Shown here: positions 40,522 through 52,733 of the stretch, piece after piece
Position numbering within the stretch: position 1 is the first letter of the stretch
Layout: each line of letters opens with the position of its first letter
Assembly: GCF_004010195.1 (NCBI RefSeq)
Contig: NC_057727.1
Span: 37,134,784-37,198,783, forward strand
DNA: 64,000 nucleotides
DNA from: Chiloscyllium plagiosum
Taxonomy: Eukaryota
Direction: 5' to 3'
Made by a program: the position numbers and the translations under genes
The notes under the pieces: generated by a model
Database searches by the model: none
What the model saw: the letters and a program-made list of their open reading frames with translations, nothing else
What the model was told of the DNA's origin: nothing

Positions 40522-40723
40522 TACCACTTATTGCAGTCACACCTTGCACAAAGAAGTTTGGTTGTGGTTGTTGAGACTAATCATTTCAGTGTCAGGATCT
40601 AGAACATAGAACATAGAAGAATACAGCGCAGTACAGGCCCTTGGTACCACTTATTGCAGTCACACCTTGCACAAAGAAGTTTGGTTGTGGTTGTTGAGAC
40701 TAATCATTTCAGTGTCAGGATCT
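40522..40723. repeat. Perfect 79-bp direct repeat flanking a 44-bp CR1 extreme 3' tail
   Basis: 40522-40600 equals 40645-40723; spacer agaacatagaacatagaagaatacagcgcagtacaggcccttgg. Confidence 0.9.
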
Positions 40724-41859
40724 CTTTGCAGGATTTCCTCAGTGTAGGTTCCTAGACCTAACCATCATCGGCTGCTTCATCAATGCCCTTCCCTCCATCA
40801 TAAAATCAGAAGTAGGAATATTCGCTGAAGATTACACAATGTTCAGCACCATTTGAGGTTCCTCTGAATACTGAAGCAGTTGACATTCAAGTGCAGCATG
40901 ATTTTGACGATATTTTACATTCAGACTGATAGACGACAAGAAACACCCCTGCCATACAAATGCCACAAAATGACCATTTCCATCAAGAGAAATTCTAACC
41001 ATTTCCCCATGACATTCAAAGACATTCCACCACCTAATCACTATTAACTTTCTTAGGAATTGAACCATGGAATTGAAACTAAACTAGATCAGCCATTTAA
41101 ATACTGTGGATACAAGAGCAGGTCAGAGTTTGGAAACATTCTGGTGAGCAACTCATTTCCTGACTCTCCAAATATTGTCCACCATCTACAGGGCACAAGT
41201 CAGCAGTGTGATGAAATACTGTCCACTTGACTGGGTGAGTTCAACTCTCAGGCGCACCATCAATATACCATAAAGTAAATGGAAGGATTTTCCATTTCTT
41301 CCTTACTCCTGTCTGTCAAAGTCTTGTTCACGTCTATTAAATTGCCCCTTAAATTACCTTGACACCAAGGAAAACAACCTTAGTCTTTCCAACCTAACTT
41401 TGCAGATTAAACATACATCATTCTTGGAACCATTTGATAAATTTCTTCTGCATTCTCTTGAGGATTATTACGCCTTTCTTAATGGGTACTGAGCATTATG
41501 GGATGCATTATTCAAGGTTCAGCATAATCTACCTCTTTTATTATACTCAATGAATTTTATGCTATTCTTAGCTAAGTCCAAGTTGTGCAAGATTTTTTGG
41601 GAGAATTTGTTATCAGAACGTCTCAGGAGTTCTGTCATCCTAAATGACCAAGCTCACCTTATTAATTATCTATCCCACCCATAGCATCTCTCATGTCTAA
41701 CTTTTGCCTCACCTTGCCACGTACTGTCCCTAGAACAACTCACCACTCTGCAGACATCCCAGAATTCATTACCATGCTTTGTGTCCACCCCATCTTTAAA
41801 AGCCCATTGTGTTACTGGGGAAGAATAGTCAGTACAGGGCTGGCCTCGCACCATTCGTG

Positions 41860-42112
41860 ACATTTGTCCCAGACATGGCAGACAGAGGAATTCATTGCCC
41901 TGCTTTGCAGACAGGGTACTGATGGACAGACTGGTGTCCATGAGGAACTTCCTCCTCCTCAAAGACCAGCACTGGAGGTCACGACACTGGATCACGTCAG
42001 CCAGCCTGATTGGAGGGTGAGCTTGCGTTTAAGCAGTCTCAGCCATCTAGAGGAATGCTCAGCATGATATGAACAAGGTCAATGCCCTTATCCATCTTTC
42101 TGCATAAGTGCC
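41860..42112 (+). mobile_element. Possible Harbinger Myb/SANT-like ORF remnant
   Basis: RNAQHDMNKVNALIHLSA followed by a donor-like taagt resembles the QCRKKxNDL motif; heavily decayed. Confidence 0.3.
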
Positions 42113-43548
42113 ACTATCTAATCTCCATATCTCATACTCACTTTGTCTCTGCTCCCGTAACCCACCTCCTACCAAGACTCGTGTTCTATAACTCTCACCA
42201 ATGGCTGAAGCATCTTCCCAGTTTACTTTCACCCATCCCAAACTCTGACACCAGTTGCTACTTATTTGCTCACGACATTTCCCCATCTACATCAAAACAA
42301 CAGCTGGACACCCATTTTTGGCTGCTGTAGTACTTGCCTCATTCCAATAGGAAAACAACACATAATAGGGACCAGTATCAGAGGCTGCCCTTGACTTACA
42401 TTGCTTGTATTCCTTGAACAAAGGTTATTCCCCTTGACTTGACTGAGCCCTGCTGACAACTGTATAGTTTTGTGTCTGTGCTAAACAGCATGGCAGGACA
42501 GAAATATGAGCCTGGTATCTCTGGCTGAGGTGGCAAAGCACAAACGGCAATGCAATGCGATGCTCTGAGCATTTGGGTGGAGGTACAGAGAGTTAGTGCA
42601 ATGACTGCAAGCAAGAGCCCAGAAGTGTAGCCTTTTCCAGTTCTTAAGCTGGCTGAGTATCCCTGAATCCAGTAGCATTACAATAAGAGTTGTTGGTGCA
42701 GCCCAAGGTGCAACAATGAAGTGCAAAAGCAATGTGCAAGTTGATTGGAGATGTGCCATGAGACATTAAAGGCTTGCATGTGCTGGATACCAATGCCGGT
42801 AGATATGGGGTGCATCCAGCCAAGGCCAATGGAGTGTATCATGAGAGGCTGGTGCCCTGTTTGCAAGATGGAGGTCCTTCAGAACAAGTGCTGACGTGCT
42901 TGCTCTGGTTTCCTTTTTGTATCTTCCCAATGTTCAGCTTAAATCAGAGCTTGGTAAGAGAGCAGCCTGAATATGTTGTGAGTTTTGGAGATATCATATT
43001 GTTTTAACAATCAATAATGAGTATCAATTTGCCTCTTACTGCTGCCTACCAAGAATCTCATCATGCTGCCCATGAAGGCAGGAAAGGTGGAGAGAGATGA
43101 TCTCCATGTCAAGATTGGTCTTGTCACACTTGGTTTCCTGATTCTGCCACTAACCTTGCCATCGGCCATAGTTCTTAGACCCACAAAGATTCTGTTAAAT
43201 GTCTATATTTTTGGTACCCAATATCCGATATCTGCTAACCATTCTCTCGGGATTTCCTGATTAAAGCCCTTTTGTTCTACACACTGTTAAGAACTGTGCC
43301 ATTAAGTCCACAGAGTCATAGAGATGTATAGCATGGAAACAGACCCTTCAGTCCAATTCATCCAACTGACCAGATATCCCAATATAATCTAGTCCCACCT
43401 GCCAGCACCTGGCCCATATCCCTTCAAACCCTTCCTATTCATATACTCATCCAAATGCCTTTTCAATGTTGCAATTGTACCAGCCTCCACCACTTCCTCT
43501 GGCAGCTTATTCCATAAATGTACCACCCTCTGCGTGAAAAAGTTGCCC

Positions 43549-44171
43549 NNNNNNNNNNNNNNNNNNNNNNNNNNNNNNNNNNNNNNNNNNNNNNNNNNNN
43601 NNNNNNNNNNNNNNNNNNNNNNNNNNNNNNNNNNNNNNNNNNNNNNNNNNNNNNNNNNNNNNNNNNNNNNNNNNNNNNNNNNNNNNNNNNNNNNNNNNNN
43701 NNNNNNNNNNNNNNNNNNNNNNNNNNNNNNNNNNNNNNNNNNNNNNNNNNNNNNNNNNNNNNNNNNNNNNNNNNNNNNNNNNNNNNNNNNNNNNNNNNNN
43801 NNNNNNNNNNNNNNNNNNNNNNNNNNNNNNNNNNNNNNNNNNNNNNNNNNNNNNNNNNNNNNNNNNNNNNNNNNNNNNNNNNNNNNNNNNNNNNNNNNNN
43901 NNNNNNNNNNNNNNNNNNNNNNNNNNNNNNNNNNNNNNNNNNNNNNNNNNNNNNNNNNNNNNNNNNNNNNNNNNNNNNNNNNNNNNNNNNNNNNNNNNNN
44001 NNNNNNNNNNNNNNNNNNNNNNNNNNNNNNNNNNNNNNNNNNNNNNNNNNNNNNNNNNNNNNNNNNNNNNNNNNNNNNNNNNNNNNNNNNNNNNNNNNNN
44101 NNNNNNNNNNNNNNNNNNNNNNNNNNNNNNNNNNNNNNNNNNNNNNNNNNNNNNNNNNNNNNNNNNNNNNN
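43549..44171. other. Assembly gap (N run)
   Basis: Run of n. Confidence 1.
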
Positions 44172-44324
44172 NTGTCATCTGCAAATTTACTAACTATACC
44201 TCTTATGCTTGCATCCAAATTATTTATATAAATGATCAAAAGCAGTGGACCCAGCACCGATCCTTGTGGCACTCCACTGGTCACACGCCTCCAGTCTGAA
44301 AAACAATCTTCTACAACCACTACT

Positions 44325-44580
44325 TCCTGTTTGTTTTCTGAGGGATTGATAAATGGTTGATAGAACAGGAAATGACATCACCACAAACCCCAGGAACCCC
44401 ATCCAGGACAAACATATAACTAGGAAGCAGGAGACAACAGCTTTGCTTCACTTGGAGGTTGCCACTGATGATGTTACCTAGCCAGGTAATGAAACGTCTG
44501 GATGTCAAACCTACAGCTCAGCGAGCAAACCTACACCCTAAACCTCAACCTGAGCTACAAACCTTCACAAACCTTGCAAA
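44325..44580 (+). mobile_element. Penelope-like element 3' terminal repeat
   Basis: Homologous to 45810-46050 (-) and 50075-50207 (+); contains an intact hammerhead. Confidence 0.8.
44462..44501 (+). ncRNA. Minimal type I hammerhead ribozyme, intact core
   Basis: CCA-CUGAUGA-U-GUUACCU(AGCC)AGGUAAU-GAAA-CG-UC/UGG: stem I CCA:UGG, 7-bp stem II, palindromic ACGU stem III. Confidence 0.8.
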
Positions 44581-44877
44581 AATTACCCTTTTGTTCTTGA
44601 TATATTTGTAAAAAAATCCTTTGGATTCTCCTTAACTCTATTTGCCAAAGCTATTTCATGCCCCCTTTTTGCCCTCCTGATTTCCCTCTTAAGTATACTC
44701 CTACTGTCTTCATACTCTAAGGACTTATTTGATTTATCTTGTCTATGCCTGACATATGGCTCCTTCTTTTTCTTCACCAAACCCTCAATTTCTTCAGTCA
44801 TCCAGCATTCCCTACACCTACCAGCCTTTCCTTTTATTGTAACAGGAATATACTGTCTCTGGACTCATTTCTGAAGG

Positions 44878-45103
44878 TTCAAATTAGAGTGGTGCTGGAA
44901 AAGCACAGCAGGTCTGGCAGCATCAGAGGAGCAGGAAAATCGATGTTTCGGACAAAAGCCCTTCACCTGGAATCCTGGTGAAGGGCTTTTGCCCAAAACG
45001 TCGATTTTCCTGATCCTTGGATGCTGCCTGACCTACTGTGGTTTTCCAGCACCATTCTAATCTTGACTCTGATCTCCAGCATCTGCAGTCCTCACTTTTG
45101 CCC
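44878..45103. mobile_element. Fold-back Penelope-like insertion with two mutated hammerheads head to head
   Basis: 14-bp TSD ctcatttctgaagg at 44864-44877 and 45104-45117; arms 44883-44970 and 44975-45062 are inverted. Confidence 0.85.
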
Positions 45104-45809
45104 CTCATTTCTGAAGGCTTCCCATTTTCCAACTGTCCCTTTACCTGCGAACATCTGCCTCCAATCAGACTTTGAAAGTTCTTGTCAAATACCGTCAAAA
45201 TTAACCTTCCTCCAGTTTAGAACTTCAACTTTTAGATCTGGTCTATCCTTTTCCATCACTATTTTAAAACTGATAGAATTATGGTCGCTGGCCTCAAAGT
45301 GCTCCCCCACTGTCACCTCAGTCACCTGCCCTGCCTTATTTCCCAAGAGTCGGTCAAGTTTTGCACCTTCCCTAGTTGGTACATCCACATTGAATCAGAA
45401 AATTTCCTTGTACAGACTTAACAAATTCCTTTCCATCTAAACCCTTAACACTACGGCAGTCCCAGTTTATGTTTGGAAATTACTTCTCCCTATCCCTTCT
45501 CCCAAAACACATTACCTCACATTTCACTCTATTAAATTCTATTTTTCAGCTGTCCTATTTGTGACCTGTTGCAGACTATTTGCAATATTTTAAATGTTTG
45601 CCAATCTTCCAAGTTTGGCAATATTGGAGAATTTTGTTCCATTTTTCAAGATCCAAGTCATTTTCTGCATTCTGTAGAGTGGGTTGATGATTCCAGATCC
45701 AGAGCTTCATCTCCACAACAGCAAATTAGCTTCTCTCCAGAGGCGACAATGTTTGCTTTTGGCAGGAAAGAATCCTTTGATAGAATGCAGCACTTAGTAA
45801 AATTGCCAT

Positions 45810-46137
45810 AGTTGTGGGTTTGTTTGCCGAACTGGGAAGTTGATTTGCAGATTTTTTTGTCCCCTGGATGTGGGTTTCCTCGCTGAGGTGGAACGTTTGT
45901 TTTCAGATGTTTCATCACCATACTAAGTAACATCTTCAGTGAGGCTCTAGAGGAAGTACTGGTGGTGTAGCCCGCTTTCTATTTATATGTTTGGGTTTCC
46001 TTGTGTTGGCAATGTCATTTCCTGTGGTGATGTCATTTCCTGTTCCTTTTCTCAGGGCACGGTAAATGGGATCCAAGTCAATGTGTTTGTTGATAGAGTT
46101 CTGGTTGAAATACCACGCTTCTAGGAATTCTTGTGCA
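45810..46137 (-). mobile_element. Penelope-like element 3' end: endonuclease C-terminus plus terminal repeat
   Basis: Minus strand translates AQEFLEAWYFNQNSINKHIDLDPIYRAL (resembles the end of a PLE GIY-YIG domain), followed by a hammerhead. Confidence 0.78.
45903..45942 (-). ncRNA. Minimal type I hammerhead motif, near intact
   Basis: UCA-CUGAAGA-U-GUUACU(UAGUAU)GGUGAU-GAAA-CA-UC/UGA. Confidence 0.65.
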
Positions 46138-46460
46138 TTAAAAACTTTCAGTCTATTATAAAGCCAGAATTGGGGATAATCATTGATAATTGTGTATTAT
46201 TTTCATGCTCAATTCCTCAAAAACCGAAGCAGATCCGGACAATTCAAATGGGCTGCCCAGTGGAAAATAATGTTCATGCCAGCCAAGTGCTTCTAGGAAT
46301 TCTTGTGCATTAAAAACTTTCAGTCTATTATAAAGCCAGAATTGGGGATAATCATTGATAATTGTGTATTATTTTCATGCTCAATTCCTCAAAAACCGAA
46401 GCAGATCCGGACAATTCAAATGGGCTGCCCAGTGGAAAATAATGTTCATGCCAGCCAAGT
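46117..46460. repeat. Perfect 172-bp tandem duplication
   Basis: 46117-46288 equals 46289-46460; ORFs 46131 and 46303 start with the same peptide. Confidence 0.92.
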
Positions 46461-49173
46461 ACCAGGTAATTCCCATCTTCACCTGGAGAGATGAGAGAAA
46501 TATATTCCCTTAGACATTCAACCATTGTTGAAGTGCCCACTGTCAATATTCTGGAAGTTACTGTTGACCAGAACCTGAACTAGGCCAGACTATAAATGAC
46601 ATGGCTTTAAGAGCAGGTCAGATGCTCACCTCATGACTCCTGACAAAGCCTCTCCACAAAACGCAAGTCAGATGTGATGCATTACTTTCCATTTGCCTAG
46701 CTGAGATCATGTCCAAACAACACTTGAGAAGATTAATACTGTTCGGGACAAAGCATTCACTGGATTGAAACCCTACCCATTGCTGTGTAGTAATTACAAG
46801 ATGCAGTTCAGAAACTTGTCAAGATTTCTTCAACACCTTCCGAATCTGAGAGCACTCCACATGACAGACCAAGGACATCAGATGCATGATTCCATCGGAG
46901 TCACATACCGTCCTGACTTGGAAACATTACAATTCTACTTTGTCATCGGGCTAAAGTCCTGATACCTCCATCTCTAATAGTACTATGGGTGTTCTTTCAC
47001 CATTAGACTGCAGTTCAAGAAGGCTGTTCACCACTAACTTCTCAGAGACATTTAGCATGTGCAATAAATGCTGCAATGCCAGCCAACATCCCATAACTGA
47101 ATGAAAATAAAATCTTATCTAGATGCCCATTATCAATCCCCTCAAGTATTCAGCATGGCAAAGAAACAATGAATTACTGGCTTAGGTTTTTTATTTGTGA
47201 TACCTTTCATAACCCAATTAAAATAAACGGGCTATATCAACTATATGATCAGAAAACCTAGGACACATATGTATGCTAAGCTCTATAACCCATACCTCAT
47301 TAATCAGACATAATTGCGTATGACTGTGAAGGTTAATAAGATGTTCTGCACTTAGCTCTGATAAAATTAGAAATTGTAAGTTTTCCTCTGTTTTTTAAGC
47401 CAAGGCAGTTCATTCACACAACTTTGTCAGTAAAAGATAATCACCTATCACCTTTTTTATCTTCCTTGCAAAAAAAGTAATCTTCAAACCCACACGTAGA
47501 TTTAAAGGTTTCATACAAAACCCATTAGCAGGCTGTGATACAGAATGTTTTAGAATCCAAACATTTAGGCATCTACCATTTCCACTCAAAGTATGTGCTG
47601 GTGAGCTGTTGCTGTGAATTGGTTTTGCTAATGAGATTTAGTTAAGACCACAGGGTACCCATTATGTAGAATATTTGATTGTCAGTTACTATAAGTTGCT
47701 GTTGGTCAGCAAACTTCAGTCTAATTTCCCGGGTGTAAATAGGAAGGGGCAAGATTGTAAGATTTCTGCATAAATCAAACAATTACAAAGCAAGGGAATA
47801 ATATTTGGGTCTGAGGACCATGGCAGCATTATTAACACCTGCTGCTTCACTAATGGAGAAAGTATTCCACAATACATCAGCTGGAAATGTGTTATTAGTA
47901 CAATCTCTCTCTCAAAGCCATTTACTGCCAATTAAATGGCCAGAACATCCTGTTGTTTTTTCTCAGCAAACAAGTTTTTACTAAACAGTCCACAGATTTA
48001 CTTTGCAGAATTTACACTAAAATAGCAGAAGTTTTCAGGAGAGAGAAATATTTCCCAAGCTTTAATTTGATGGATTTCCTGCAGAATTGAAACATATTCC
48101 TTAAAAGAAACTTTGAGAAACAGCTTGCTTTTTCTATTATTCTTTCATCATAAATAAACACAGGCACAATCAGAAAAACAAACACTTAAACAGACTTAAT
48201 CTGTCATTTCAAATGGAATATTTAAACCATTTCCACAGAATAGTAATCATGCAACCTTTAAAATTATTTTCATGGAAATTGAAAGTTTTTCTTTTCTCCA
48301 CAGGTAACAGATATGTAGTGACATTTACAGATTGAGAACTCAGAAAAGTCAGGACACAGAGACACTGCAGGTGATCCTTCGACTGTGGACAGTTTTCAAC
48401 TGAGTTCCTGAAGAACCGGCAGGGAGCAGTTTCTGTTCACAGGAAAATCACCTTAACCATAACACATTTTCTAAAATTTAGCAAATATGAGCTGTTACTG
48501 GGAAAAGTAGGCTGCTGCATAATGATTGAAGAATTCATAATGGCTGGAAAATAACTGAAAAGTGCAGTGCCCACCTCCAAGCTTAAAGCATAATCCCTGT
48601 TTAATTTATGCTATTAGCACAGATGCTCACACCCACACTCCAAATGGAGAAGTATGCTATTGATCCAGGAGGCTAAATTGGAGATTGAAGATATTTCTTC
48701 TCGCATTCAATAGTGGGCGATGAGTGCTTTAAGTTACCTTGATGGCTTAGCCTATGAACAGGGAATTACAGATGGTGGGTCTGGCATTTGGGTGTCTCTT
48801 CCAGCCAAGTTAAAGGTGATCAAGAGAATCCCCACAGAAACATACACCCAACGCATTCAGGACTGAAGGTCACTGGGAGAAACTTGACTGGTTTTGAATT
48901 CCTCTGCATTTTAGAGGGGTTGTTGTGACCTTCCCTAAAAGCTTAAATCCAGCCAGTCAGTCTACAAGAACAACAAATGAACTAATTCTAAGGGACAGAA
49001 TAAGTCTCAGCTAGTTTCCATAATTTTCTCTATAAAACTGATGCCTGAGGTTGACAAACTTGAATTAAGTAAAATGTGCAACCTATTCTTCATTGCCAAG
49101 CATCTGCATGCTTCAGAATTCAGGGGTTAACTGCAATCAACTCAGAAGCTGTTAGAATTATAGTCAGACTTAC

Positions 49174-49206
49174 AGGAACATCCACATATTTGGAAGCTGC
49201 TTTCAC
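49174..49206 (-). CDS. CADPS: CADPS short coding exon, 33 nt: VKAASKYVDVP
   Basis: Exactly the peptide expected between ...SFT and KPGM...; ttttgaAG acceptor, GTaagt donor. Confidence 0.95.
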
Positions 49207-49955
49207 CTTCAAAAGGAAATAGAAAGAAGGAAGATGAAAAAGTAATTTTTAAACTGAATACACACAAAAATTTTTAAATCACCGAGTAATTTTCGAGATA
49301 TTAAAAAAAAAAATCACTATAACATAATGGTCTAGATATTCCAATAGCCAGGCAGTTGGTGGAGCAGCTGGGTCTGGAGTTACACATTAGGAACAGGTGG
49401 AATCACAGACACAGTTAACTTCACAGGAACAGCTTGAGAAACTGAAGTTCCACTGCATCTAGAACCCTCCTGAAAGTCAGAGAATTCGGAGAATCCTGCT
49501 TCAGTTAACCAGTGTTCCAGAAAGGATTAGAGGACTAAAATCTCGGTCTAACTCCTGCGTGATTATTAAATGACCCCAAACTCCACACTCACTGACCCCA
49601 AATACACTTCCCCTACAGCCCCCAGGCCTCACACAACAAACCCCACCTGAACAGACGACTCCCTCCCCAATACGATTCCACACCACCCTTCAAATGGGGC
49701 ATGACAGCCTCTTTCCCTGCTGACCCAAGCTTTCCTTTGCTTCCCCCGCAGCACCAGAGCTGACACCCCCCCAATCCCCACTTGCTGGATCCAATACCTC
49801 CCCCACTTCCTGCCAGATGCAAGACATCTTTTACAACTTTACAAAACATTGGTCAGGCCCCAGATGGAATACTGTGCACAGTTCAGATTACCACACTATT
49901 CGAAGGAGATGGTGCAGAGGAGATCACCAGAATGTTACCTGGAATGAAAAGTCTC

Positions 49956-50207
49956 TGGATGTAAGTTTTCTCGCTGAGCTGGAAGATTCATTTTCGGATG
50001 TTTCATCACCATACTATGTAACATTATCAGCGAACCTTCGGTGAAGCCTCCACTAAAACTGGCTGGAAAATGGGAGGCTTCACCAGAGGCTCACTGATGA
50101 TGTTGCTTAGTATGGTGATGAAACGTCTGAAAATGAACCTTCCAGCTCAGCGAGCAAACTTATATCCAGAACCTCAACCTGAACTACAAATCTTCTCCAA
50201 ACTTGCT
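49956..50207. mobile_element. Fold-back Penelope-like insertion with two hammerheads
   Basis: Arms 49954-50051 and 50073-50170 are inverted; imperfect TSD aatgaaaagtctc / aatggaaaatctc at 49943-49955 and 50208-50220. Confidence 0.8.
50091..50130 (+). ncRNA. Minimal type I hammerhead motif, intact core
   Basis: UCA-CUGAUGA-U-GUUGCU(UAGUAU)GGUGAU-GAAA-CG-UC/UGA; stem II is wobble-rich. Confidence 0.7.
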
Positions 50208-51635
50208 AATGGAAAATCTCAGTTATGAAGACAGACTGGATAGGTTGGGTTTGTTTTCATTGGAGCGGAGGAGGCTGAGGGGTGGATCTGATTGAGTATA
50301 CAAAATCATGAGAGATGTAACAGAGTAGATTGTGAGAATCTGCTCTCCATGGCAGACATGTCAAAGACCGAGGACACATATTAAAGGTGGGGAGCAAGTG
50401 ATTTAGAGGAGATACACCCAGAAGGTGGTAGAAACATGGCATGTGGTATTTGAGAGGGTGGTGGAGACAAATACTCTTACAATATTTAAAAAGCATCTGG
50501 ATGAGTGCTTAAAATGCCAGAGCATAGTAGCGTATGGACTAAGTGCAGATTAGTGTAGTTTGACATTTGCTGGTCAGCATAGACAAGGTGGGGAAAAAGG
50601 ACCTGTTTCTACGCTATATGACTCTAAGGTTCTCTATGTCACCACTAATGCACTGGCATGACACCACTATTGCACTGGCATGACACCACTATGGATGATA
50701 CCACCATTGTCGCCAGAGCCGATATCCTCACTTCACTCAGGATCTAACACCTACCCCTTCCTTCTTGCTGGACCTGACATACCACTCTACCACCCTCAGC
50801 AACTATGACCTCCACAAACGCTCAATTCTTTAACCCACCACGCTACTTCCTGGCATGCTACCTACCTGGCACACTATGTGCCTGGCACCCAAACCCCTTA
50901 ACCAGCTGACTCACTAATCCTACTAACCTTCATACTTATCCTTTCACAAGAGCTGTCAAGGTGGCTGGATGTACCACTAAGCATTTAAATCACACATGTC
51001 ATTTACCGCTATTAAAAAGTGGGTAAGGCTTGACTCCCATCCGGCTATCCAGCACTGTTGGATTTCTGAAGGAGCCAGGATCAGAATTGCTGGCAAAAGA
51101 ATGTGGAGTTCAATGCTAATGCAACAAAAGAGGAGTGGGGTGGCAATCTGACTGTGAATGGCATTCCTCAGAATATCTGAGCAAATGTCTTATTGCATTT
51201 CTAAACATGAGTGAAATGGAATGTTCATTAAAAGTCATGATTGAAGTGGACTGCAGAAATCTTCAGATTATAGTAGGTTTACATGTATATATTATACACT
51301 AGGCTGGACATTAAAGATGGAGATTAATGGAGAAAACGTCAACACAACAGCACAAGTTAAATTTAGTCTTTCTTGTGAGGTAAGGTTAGCAAGGTTGAGA
51401 TAAGATGAAATCTCATACATCGGTTTGTTCCACCAATTCTGTCAGATAAACAGAAAGTTGGGATATTGAGAGTTTGTGTACTAGAGGTTCTACTGTAGAC
51501 CCTACAATACAAATGGAGTAGCATTTACTGAGAATATTTCCAAATATACTTTTTATGAACAAAAATAAATGACAATTTTTATATTTTGTAAATAATTCTG
51601 AGAAAAATAAATTAAGAGAAAGATATTTTTCTTAC

Positions 51636-51719
51636 AGTGAATGACAGAAAGGATGAGAAGAGAGTCCCTTCATCGTATCTGGATAGTTTGGACAGTACTC
51701 CTTCCAAAATAGTGACAAA
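51636..51719 (-). CDS. CADPS: CADPS coding exon, 84 nt: [28 protein letters not shown]
   Basis: Manual translation; tttAG acceptor, GTaaga donor. Confidence 0.96.
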
Positions 51720-51882
51720 CTAAATAGAAAATCATATTAGATTCACATTAACCAATTTAGGCTTAATGGTTCTGTTTCTTCAAATCATAACATAGATAAT
51801 CATTACCTGCCAACTTAAGGTTTAACCTACGTCCTTAATTGAACTTTTGTGATTTGCTACCAACATTGTCAATAAACTGCAA

Positions 51883-52178
51883 TAGATTAGATTAGATTCC
51901 GTACAGTATGGAAACAGGTCCTTTGGCCCAACAAGTCCACACTGACCCTCTGAAGAGTATCCCACCCAGACCCATTCCCCTACCCTATATTTATTCTTGA
52001 TTAATGCTCATAACACTATGGGCAATTTAGCACGGCCAATTCACCTGACTTGCACAACTTTGGATTGTGGGAGGAAACTCACATAGACACAGGGAGAATC
52101 GCCCGAGGTGGCAATCGAATCTGGATCCCTGGTGCTGTGAGGCAGCAGTGCTAACCACTGAGCCAGCGTGCCGCCCCA
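51883..52178 (-). mobile_element. V-SINE (HE1-like) with internal deletions
   Basis: Homologous to 16983-17320. Confidence 0.88.
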
Positions 52179-52658
52179 AATGACAACATTAATTTCCATA
52201 TTGTTGCAAATGATAACATTAATTTCCATATGAATAAAATTGTGGCCAATTGTATTATGACCATTGTTCAGTTACATTACTAAATAGACTCTTTGTCTAC
52301 ACATTTCCTCTAACTGAATCAAAGGAACTAATAGGAACATAGACAGTATGATTTTGAAATTCATTATTACACTTTGAAATATCGATTAATGCTTCACTGT
52401 AATGGTGATGTGTTTTACATCAACCAAGCAGCACTTAGCAACAATTATAAAGATTCCCCTATAGTCAGTAATCATTCCGTCAAACTGACAGTTGAGGCAT
52501 CACATTTTAAATGTGGTGAAATCTATGAAATTGGCTGCTATCTTAGATTTAATATGACCAATATTAAACATTGCCTGCAATAAATTTTATACAGATTTAA
52601 CTTTTAAGTGTGCCTTATTAAGATTTCAGTTTTCACAAAAAGCCATTTTGTACTGTAC

Positions 52659-52733
52659 CTTTGCAACCATGAGAGTTATCATTTCTTTGACAGTTTCTTC
52701 AATTAACTCATCAATTTTAGAATGGTATTGCCG
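52659..52733 (-). CDS. CADPS: CADPS coding exon, 75 nt: [25 protein letters not shown]
   Basis: Manual translation; poly-T tract plus cAG acceptor, GTacag donor; phase 0-0. Confidence 0.96.

Larger units (their letters stand above)
43310..45482 (-). mobile_element. CR1 LINE (ORF2, partly in a gap) with two nested Penelope-like insertions
   Basis: SGVPQGSVLGPLL...KFADD, LKREIRRAKRGHE and PTREGAKLD...SDHNSI motifs. Confidence 0.9.
49830..50630 (+). mobile_element. Decayed CR1 3' fragment interrupted by a Penelope-like insertion
   Basis: ITRMLPGMKSL|SYEDRLDRLGLFSLERRRLRG continues across 49956-50207. Confidence 0.8.

Noticed and set aside
43463..44320. Long ORFs of 219-285 aa
   Set aside because: Span the second N gap; the flanks are CR1 RT
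50649..50692. 22-bp tandem repeat (also about 30 bp at 52177-52231) as CRISPR-like array
   Set aside because: Two copies only, no unique spacers, eukaryotic context; local slippage duplication
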